DNA of 64,000 bases from an uncultured Chloroflexia bacterium (GTDB lineage: Bacteria; Chloroflexota; Limnocylindria; Limnocylindrales; CSP1-4), in contig CAVRGP010000015.1 in NCBI GenBank assembly GCA_963720755.1, positions 416,001-480,000 on the forward strand, read 5' to 3'. A program made the position numbers and the translations under genes. Within the stretch, counting starts at the first letter, position 1. Every line of letters begins with the position of its first letter. Under the pieces are notes generated by a model. It made no database searches. It was not told the DNA's origin and saw only the letters and a program-made list of their open reading frames with translations. Below, in pieces: positions 57,750 through 64,000 of the stretch.

Positions 57750-58101
57750 GCGAGGCTCCCATGTGGCGGAATGCACTCTTGAGACGCGTTCGTGGGGCGG
57801 GACGTGTTGCGCCGGGCCGGCATGGCAGCGCATCGCGCCCTGAATGTCCCTTCCCGGTGGCGGCCGCCCCGCCGCCACCGGGGCTCCGTCCGGCCTCTCG
57901 TGGAGTGATCGCGTCTCATATGCACATCCCGGAGGAGCGAGCGTGGCTGTCGAGAGAGCGTTCCTGCCAGGAACGCGGCAAGCGGTGGGCGTTGAGCGGC
58001 CGGAGGCGACCACGTGTCAGACACACATATCCGCGTTAGCCACGTGGTGCGCAGCCCCAGTCTGTCTAGGTCGACACGGCGCATGAGGCGGGGAGGGGAG
58101 C

Positions 58102-58186
58102 ATGATTGCAGCAGATCCGCTACCTGGACAAGCTCGTCGACGAGCTCGCGAAAGGCAAGGCGCTGGAAAAGGTCCTCCGCGACTGA
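58102..58186 (+). pseudogene. DUF2200 family remnant (only the C-terminus remains)
   Basis: QQIRYLDKLVDELAKGKALEKVLRD* matches the DUF2200 C-terminus; RBS + ATG directly upstream but out of frame. Confidence 0.7.
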
Positions 58187-58199
58187 CGGATCCGTTGGG

Positions 58200-58322
58200 G
58201 CGCCATACCAACTGGCCGCGAGGACCGCCGCCGTGATAGAGGTTCGGGACAGTCGAGCAACCGCTCAGAGCAAACGCCACGGCCAGGATCACTGCGATCT
58301 GGCCGATCCTGAACGGCGTCAT
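58200..58322 (-). pseudogene. Lipoprotein N-terminal fragment
   Basis: MTPFRIGQIAVILAVAFALSGC lipobox, after which the frame runs antisense into the DUF2200 remnant. Confidence 0.4.
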
Positions 58323-58483
58323 CGACCGAGCCTACGACCGCGACACAAGCCTCAGCGGCACGTGCGTCATGCGCCCTCGCTGCGGTGGTCCTGCGACGAC
58401 CGGCCGCGTTCTATGCTGACGCTTCGCTCGGCCGGGTCCCGCTCACGCCGATCGCTGTGATCCGGTCAAGGAGGAGCCCTGTG

Positions 58484-58885
58484 ATGTCGCTGACGCACCT
58501 CAATCCTGCCACGATGCATCGCAACCCCGCGTTCTCCCAGGGCGTCGTCATCGAGCCCGGCAGTCGCCTCGTCGTCGTGGGCGGTCAGAATGGCGTCGAT
58601 GCGACAGGCACGGTCGTCGGACCTGGCTTGCGGGAGCAGACGGCTCAGGCGCTCCGAAATGTCCTCACCGTCCTTGCCGAGGCCGGCGCGACCCAGGAGC
58701 ACGTCGCCAAGCTGACGATCCACCTTGTGGACGGGTCAAACGTCCAGGAAGGTTTCGAGGCATCTCGCGAAGTCTGGGGGATGCACGCGACCGCAGTGAC
58801 TGTCCTCATGGTGGCGCGACTCGGGCGTCCGGAGTTCCTCGTCGAGATCGAAGCCCTGGCTGCGGTTCCCGCAACGGTTTCATAG
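58484..58885 (+). CDS. RidA/YjgF family protein
   Basis: FSQGV, GQ, QT.QAL.N....L..AG, LVEIEA; AAGGAGG RBS. Confidence 0.9.
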   Translation: MSLTHLNPATMHRNPAFSQGVVIEPGSRLVVVGGQNGVDATGTVVGPGLREQTAQALRNVLTVLAEAGATQEHVAKLTIHLVDGSNVQEGFEASREVWGMHATAVTVLMVARLGRPEFLVEIEALAAVPATVS

Positions 58886-58886
58886 G
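58636..58886 (+). repeat. 251-bp direct repeat, copy 1 (3' part of ridA)
   Basis: Identical to 61514-61764 except one synonymous change (C58804 vs G61682). Confidence 0.95.
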
Positions 58887-58908
58887 GGCGCCAGGTCAAC
58901 GGCGCCCC
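58885..58908 (+). terminator. GC-rich hairpin after ridA
   Basis: GGGGCGCC-AGGTCAAC-GGCGCCCC; no U tract. Confidence 0.45.
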
Positions 58909-59058
58909 GAGGTCGCCTCCACGCGGCCAAAGGGTGGGTGCGCAACGACGGGATGTCGCACCATCGAGATGGCGGCGGCTCGGCCCATCTATCCTTCTCT
59001 TCCAGAGTAGTGCCGGGTCTCACCGTCGCCGCAGCGCAGGATCCAGAAGGGGAGCTTG

Positions 59059-61410
59059 ATGCCAATCGTGGAATACCCGGAAGGCACGGCTTTTCCGGGC
59101 GTTATCGGCCGCACCGCCGATGAGTCAAGCCCGGCCTGGCCGGCGCCCGTGCGCGCGCCGCACGGAGCGCCGAATATCCTGTTCGTCGTCCTCGACGACA
59201 CCGGCTTCGGGCACCTGGGCTGCTATGGCAGCCCGATCGAAACGCCGACCTTCGATGCGCTCGCGGGGGACGGGCTCCGCTTCAGCAACATGCACACCAC
59301 GGCGCTCTGCTCGCCAAGCCGCTCGTGCATCTTGACTGGTCGCAACCATCACAGCAACGGGATGGCCTGCATTACCGAGCTCTCGTCCGGTTACCCGGGC
59401 TACAACGGGGTGATGCCGTTCGAGAACGGCATGCTCTCGGAGATGCTCCTCCAGCATGGCTATGCCACGTACATGGTGGGCAAGTGGCACCTCACCCCGA
59501 GCGTGTTCGAGACGGCCGCCGGACCGTACGACCGTTGGCCGCTTGGGCGGGGATTCCAGCGCTTCTACGGCTTCCTGGGTGGTGACACCAGCCAGTGGTA
59601 TCCGGATCTGGTGTACGACAACCACCCGGTCGAGGCGCCAAGGACGCCCGAGGAGGGCTACCACCTGACCGAGGATCTCGTTGACAAGTCGATCGAGTTC
59701 ATCAGCGATCTGCGCCAGATCGATCCCGACAAGCCGTTCTTCCTGAACCTCTGCTTCGGCGCGACCCACGCGCCCCACCACGTGCCGAGGGAGTGGGCCG
59801 ACCGGTACGCGGGCGAGTTCGACGACGGCTGGGACGCCTATCGGGAGAAGGTCTTCGCGCGGCAGAAGGAGCTCGGCATCCTGCCCGCCGACGCCGAATT
59901 GTCGCGCCATGATCCTGACGTGCCCGAGTGGGAGTCCCTGTCGCCCGAGGCGCGCCGGCTCTCGGCCCGCATGATGGAGGTCTTCGCGGGGTTCCTGAGC
60001 CACACCGACCATCATCTCGGACGGCTGCTCGACTTCCTGCGTGAGCAGGGCGTCCTGGAGAACACGATCGTGATGGCGATCTCGGACAACGGCGCCAGTG
60101 CGGAGGGCGGCCCCACCGGGACCACGAACGAGGCGCAGTTCTTCAACAATGCCCAGGAGTCGCTCGAGGAGAGCCTGGCCGTCATCGACGAGATCGGTGG
60201 CCCCGACCACTTCAACCATTACCCATGGGGCTGGACCTGGGCGGGCAACACGCCGTTCCGCCGCTGGAAGCGCGAGACGTATCGCGGCGGCTCGACCGAC
60301 CCGTTCATCGTGTCGTGGCCCGCGGGGATCAAGGCACGCGGCGAGATCCGTCCGCAGTACGCCCACATCATCGACATGGTCCCCACCGTGCTCGACCTTC
60401 TCGGCGTCGAGGCACCGGCGTCGATCCGCGGCATCACCCAGGCACCGATCCAGGGAGTCAGCTTCGGGCACGCGCTCGACGACCCGGAGGCCCCGAGCCG
60501 GCACCGCACCCAGTACTTCGAGATGCTCGGCCATCGCGCGATCTACAAGGACGGCTGGCGGGCGGTCTGCCCGTGGCCGGGCCCGTCGTTCACCGAGGCA
60601 GGCACCGGGTTTGGCAACCCGATCTCCGCAGAGAAGCTCACCGAGCTCGACGCGACCGCCTGGGAGCTGTACCACATCGATGAGGATCCGGCCGAGAATC
60701 ACAACCTCGCCGAAGCGCACCGCGCCAAGTTGATCGAGCTGATCGGCACGTGGTATGTCGAGGCTGGCAAGTACGGAGTCATGCCGGTCGACGGCAGCGG
60801 GCTCCAGCGGATGGCCGCCGAGAAGCCACTCGTCTCGCTCCCACGGGACAAGTACACGTACCGCCCCGGCACGCAATCCATCCCCAACTTCGCCGCGCCG
60901 CGCCTGTTCAACCGACCGCACAGCATCACGGCGTCCGTCGACCTCCCGGAGGGTGGCGCCGAGGGCGTCTTGTTCTGCCAAGGCACGGCGGCCGGCGGCT
61001 ATTCCCTGTACGTGAAGGACGGCCGGCTCCATTACGTCCACAACTACGTGGCCAGGGAGCACTTCTCGGTCTCGTCGTCCGACCAGCTGCCCGCCGGGCC
61101 CCACGAGCTCCGCTTCGAGTTCGAACCCACTGGCCAACCCGACATGCCGCACGGCAGGGGTGCCCCGGGCAGGCTCCAGCTCTACGTGGACGGGGCCTTG
61201 GTGGCCACCACCGATGCGCCATACACGACGCCGTTCATGTTCAACCCGGGTGGCGTCAGCTGCGGCCACAACCCGGGATCGCCTGTCACCGCCGAGTACG
61301 CGAGCCCGTTCGCGTTCACCGGCAAGCTGGAGAAGGTGGTCGTTGACGTGAGCGGCGACTTGATCGTGGATCCGGAGGCGGAGCTCCGAATGCACATGGC
61401 GCGCCAGTAG
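59059..61410 (+). CDS. Cys-type arylsulfatase
   Basis: PNILFVVLDD.G, CSPSR formylglycine motif, GKWHL, HAPHH, SDNGAS, C-terminal LamG-like domain; no signal peptide. Confidence 0.95.
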   Translation: MPIVEYPEGTAFPGVIGRTADESSPAWPAPVRAPHGAPNILFVVLDDTGFGHLGCYGSPIETPTFDALAGDGLRFSNMHTTALCSPSRSCILTGRNHHSNGMACITELSSGYPGYNGVMPFENGMLSEMLLQHGYATYMVGKWHLTPSVFETAAGPYDRWPLGRGFQRFYGFLGGDTSQWYPDLVYDNHPVEAPRTPEEGYHLTEDLVDKSIEFISDLRQIDPDKPFFLNLCFGATHAPHHVPREWADRYAGEFDDGWDAYREKVFARQKELGILPADAELSRHDPDVPEWESLSPEARRLSARMMEVFAGFLSHTDHHLGRLLDFLREQGVLENTIVMAISDNGASAEGGPTGTTNEAQFFNNAQESLEESLAVIDEIGGPDHFNHYPWGWTWAGNTPFRRWKRETYRGGSTDPFIVSWPAGIKARGEIRPQYAHIIDMVPTVLDLLGVEAPASIRGITQAPIQGVSFGHALDDPEAPSRHRTQYFEMLGHRAIYKDGWRAVCPWPGPSFTEAGTGFGNPISAEKLTELDATAWELYHIDEDPAENHNLAEAHRAKLIELIGTWYVEAGKYGVMPVDGSGLQRMAAEKPLVSLPRDKYTYRPGTQSIPNFAAPRLFNRPHSITASVDLPEGGAEGVLFCQGTAAGGYSLYVKDGRLHYVHNYVAREHFSVSSSDQLPAGPHELRFEFEPTGQPDMPHGRGAPGRLQLYVDGALVATTDAPYTTPFMFNPGGVSCGHNPGSPVTAEYASPFAFTGKLEKVVVDVSGDLIVDPEAELRMHMARQ

Positions 61411-61411
61411 T

Positions 61412-61454
61412 CGGCCGCAGCGAGCCGGCCGCTGCGAGCCGGCCGCTGCGAACC
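61412..61454 (+). repeat. 14-bp tandem repeat, 3 copies
   Basis: CGGCCGCAGCGAGC / CGGCCGCTGCGAGC / CGGCCGCTGCGAAC. Confidence 0.85.
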
Positions 61455-61513
61455 ATCGTCAGGCGGTCGCGTACCAGGCGGGTGGCCCAACGCTTGCCTC
61501 GTGTGCCCCGGAG

Positions 61514-61764
61514 GCAGACGGCTCAGGCGCTCCGAAATGTCCTCACCGTCCTTGCCGAGGCCGGCGCGACCCAGGAGCACGTCGCCAAGCTGACGATCCA
61601 CCTTGTGGACGGGTCAAACGTCCAGGAAGGTTTCGAGGCATCTCGCGAAGTCTGGGGGATGCACGCGACCGCAGTGACTGTGCTCATGGTGGCGCGACTC
61701 GGGCGTCCGGAGTTCCTCGTCGAGATCGAAGCCCTGGCTGCGGTTCCCGCAACGGTTTCATAGG
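61514..61764 (+). pseudogene. 5'-truncated ridA duplicate (251-bp direct repeat, copy 2)
   Basis: 250/251 identical to 58636-58886; lacks the ridA N-terminal third. Confidence 0.92.
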
Positions 61765-61837
61765 CGATGACCGGCGAACGGCGCTCTGCGGACGTTCGAT
61801 GCCATGAACATGCGCGCCTTGCTTGGAGATCAGGGCG

Positions 61838-62626
61838 TCAGGGCGATGGCGGTCCGATCTGCTGCTGGAGGTCGATCAACGGCTGCTGGTTCACCTGGAG
61901 GAAGCCATCGCGCGGCCGGTCCAGATCGACGACGAGGGCAATGACCGCGCCGAGTACGACGATCATCACGACCGCGGTGACCGGGCTGCGCCGACGGGTC
62001 AGCCCCGCGCTGTATCCGAGCATGCCCAGGGTCAGCGCCGAGCCGACCACGAGCAGGACCATGATCGTTGCTGGGACGCGTGCGTACAGGCCGGCCGTGA
62101 TCCGAGTTTCGTTGAAGTCGATGGTGTCGTTGAGGGACTCGATATAGATCGACAGGACGTCCGAATCGGGCGTGGACTTGGCCAAACCTTCAGCCGTTGC
62201 CCACAGGACGTTCTGGATCTCGACCGACCGGGCGATCCGCTTCTTGGTGTCGGCGAGGTCGTTGGTGGTCGTGCGGAGGGAGGCGTACTCGCGGAGCAGT
62301 TCCTGGCTCTGGCTTGCGGCAGGCTCCGGCAGGTATCCGGCCCGTAGGTACGTGGTGCCGATGGAGTTCGCCTCGCCGAGGACGAGCCCGCGTCGCGTGT
62401 CGAAGCGGTCGGCTGCCATCCCCATCGTGATCGCCAGCAGGAACGCCATGAGAGCAAACAGGGAACCGACCAGCATCCCGGTGGGCCCTTCTGTTTCGTC
62501 TGGCGTCCGCTCTTGCCACCAACGTCCCACGCGGAAGCCGATCTCGTAGGTGGCGAGTGCGACGATGGCGAACGCGAAGAACACACCGACGATCGGGAGC
62601 GAATCGAGAACGTCCTGGAAATTCAT
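61838..62626 (-). CDS. DUF4239/bestrophin-like membrane protein
   Basis: L.AFLLA.T...A..RFD.RR....EAN.IGT.YLR, DLDRPR.G; AGGAGAGG RBS. Confidence 0.8.
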   Translation of the reverse strand: MNFQDVLDSLPIVGVFFAFAIVALATYEIGFRVGRWWQERTPDETEGPTGMLVGSLFALMAFLLAITMGMAADRFDTRRGLVLGEANSIGTTYLRAGYLPEPAASQSQELLREYASLRTTTNDLADTKKRIARSVEIQNVLWATAEGLAKSTPDSDVLSIYIESLNDTIDFNETRITAGLYARVPATIMVLLVVGSALTLGMLGYSAGLTRRRSPVTAVVMIVVLGAVIALVVDLDRPRDGFLQVNQQPLIDLQQQIGPPSP

Positions 62627-62844
62627 GCCTCTCCTTCGACCGATCCCGCCACCCGGCTGGATGCGTCGCCGCATAGTAGCGATTGGGCGGAGGGGCCATC
62701 GCTCGTCCCTGCCGACCCGTCAGCCGACCCGAAGACTGCGATGTGAGGGCATGCAGAAGCAGCGATCGGCAACGCCCGCCCGGGAACGCCACACGAGAGG
62801 TGCGATGCGTGGCAATTGCGTCCGCCTCGATGTACGGTTTCAGG

Positions 62845-63285
62845 GTGGCAAGGGTCGTCAACAGCATCGTCATCAGGCGTCCCATCGAAGATGTCTTCCA
62901 GGCACTGACCGATGTGGAGAAGACGTCGATCTGGTTCCCTGCAGATGTTCAGGAGCGGTGGACGTCCCCACCACCACACGGGGTCGGTTCCACGCGACAT
63001 GCTGTCGTGAGCGTGTTCGGAAGGCAGGTCGAGAACGACGCGGTCGCCACCGAGTATGAGCCGCCAAATCGGGCGGTCATGCAGGGGACATCACCGAATG
63101 CCCCGTTCATCACGGCGCTGACATTCCGACGCGAAGACGGCGGCACGCGAGTCCGCGTTGACACGACTCTGATGTTGCGGGGCGCTCAACGGATCGTCGG
63201 ACCGCCCATGGCGTGGTGGTATCGCCGTGCGTGGAGCCGTGGGCTCGAACGCCTCAAGCAGCTGATGGAATTGGGCGAACTCTAG
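62845..63285 (+). CDS. SRPBCC/START family protein
   Basis: I.RPIEDVF..L.D......WFP, GVG, EYEPP.R, GGTRV, L.RLK..ME. Confidence 0.85.
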   Translation: MARVVNSIVIRRPIEDVFQALTDVEKTSIWFPADVQERWTSPPPHGVGSTRHAVVSVFGRQVENDAVATEYEPPNRAVMQGTSPNAPFITALTFRREDGGTRVRVDTTLMLRGAQRIVGPPMAWWYRRAWSRGLERLKQLMELGEL

Positions 63286-63315
63286 CCCGGCCACGCGCGG
63301 AAGGCGGACGTCCCT

Positions 63316-63370
63316 TCGGCGCGGCCAGTGGACCGTCGGCGCGGCCAGCGAACCGTCGGCGCGGCCAGCA
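63316..63370 (+). repeat. 20-bp tandem repeat, about 2.7 copies
   Basis: TCGGCGCGGCCAGTGGACCG / TCGGCGCGGCCAGCGAACCG / TCGGCGCGGCCAGCA. Confidence 0.85.
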
Positions 63371-63525
63371 ATTCCTTGCCATACAAGACCCCGGATCATC
63401 CAATGCGAGGATCGATGCCGGACGGACGGCCATGTCAGCCGAAATCGAGTCCGCCCGTGCCCATCCGAGGACGCCGATGCAGCCCGTCACGGCCCCGGAT
63501 CCGCCGAGCACGAACCACGCCACTA

Positions 63526-63632
63526 GGTGGCAGGAAACGGGTGGGTGGCACGAAACGGGTGGGTGGCACGAAACGGGTGGGTGGCACGAAACGGGTAGGT
63601 GGCACGAAACGGGTAGGTGGCACGAAACAGTA
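63526..63632 (+). repeat. 18-bp G-rich tandem repeat, about 6 copies
   Basis: Unit GGTGGCACGAAACGGGT(G/A), head-to-tail with no spacers. Confidence 0.92.
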
Positions 63633-63682
63633 CGTATCCAGTCGCGCTCGGCCGCCTGACGCCGACCCCTCAGGTCGTGTGG

Positions 63683-64000
63683 TCAGCTCGGCTGCGACGC
63701 CGCTTCCACGATGGCCGCCATCGTGAGCGCATGCCCCTCAGCGTGCAGGCGCGTGTAGTCGGCCTCACCGATGGTCGCCCGCAGGTCCGTCACGATCCGT
63801 TGCCGGCCGGCAGGATCCCAACCCACCATCCGAGCCTCAGCCCGGAGCCGGTCCGCCATGCCGAAGTAGCGAGCAGCCCGGTCGGGCCTCGAGGATGCGG
63901 ACATAGCCGCGAGCTCGTCGACGGCGTCGACGACGCCGATCCTGAAGCCGATCCGACCAGCAACGGTAACGGCCGTCGATGCGTGGGTCATGGCACCCTC
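63683..64000 (-). CDS. C-terminus of an ATPase/TPR regulatory protein (partial, runs off window end)
   Basis: RAARYFGMA..LR...LR..IGE..Y......G.AL tail typical of AfsR/LuxR/adenylate cyclase-type ATPase-TPR proteins. Confidence 0.65.
   Translation of the reverse strand, partial: EGAMTHASTAVTVAGRIGFRIGVVDAVDELAAMSASSRPDRAARYFGMADRLRAEARMVGWDPAGRQRIVTDLRATIGEADYTRLHAEGHALTMAAIVEAASQPS

Noticed and set aside
57800-57910. Glycine or cobalamin riboswitch resemblance on the minus strand (GAGAG...CAGG, CCGGGAAGG)
   Set aside because: Other conserved core elements are missing and the downstream gene is unrelated; kept only as an unassigned structured candidate
58197-58893. GGGGCGCCA matches to the tRNA-Arg 3' end (58197, 58885) as att sites
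   Set aside because: Only 9 bp in very GC-rich DNA, and the second is one arm of a local hairpin
63526-63632. Possible CRISPR array
   Set aside because: Units are 18 bp, contiguous, with no unique spacers and no cas genes in the window

Overview
High-GC bacterial chromosomal window. Gene content and order (FtsA-like plus baseplate-J-like pair, EF-P with an MGRG loop, many apparently leaderless genes) suggest Chloroflexota, possibly Limnocylindria; this taxonomy is inference only. 1-28.4 kb is a long co-oriented housekeeping block: alaS 3' end, ftsA-like, baseplate-J-like membrane protein, ruvX, mltG, aminopeptidase P, efp, xseAB, dxs, tlyA, nadK, recN, xerD, site-2 protease, scpAB, rluB, amidohydrolase, acetoacetate-CoA ligase, cmk, plsC, ispH, der, gpsA and tRNA-Pro(GGG). 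28.4-37.3 kb is an accessory patch with two tailed Flp pilins, gadB, lipoproteins, gene remnants and a J-domain gene preceded by a variant c-di-GMP-II-type riboswitch. 37.3-57 kb holds amine/acyl-CoA catabolism, Moco synthesis, FadF/ACAD/ETF, an nrdR-dcd operon with tandem NrdR boxes, ccdA-tlpA and tRNA-Arg(CCT). 57-64 kb is a second accessory patch with an arylsulfatase flanked by a 251-bp ridA direct repeat, gene remnants and short tandem repeats. No CRISPR array, transposase or prophage was seen. Best candidates for undescribed biology are the variant riboswitch controlling a J-domain protein and the FtsA-like/baseplate-J-like membrane pair embedded in the alaS-ruvX-mltG operon. All calls come from motif recognition by eye; no database searches were run.
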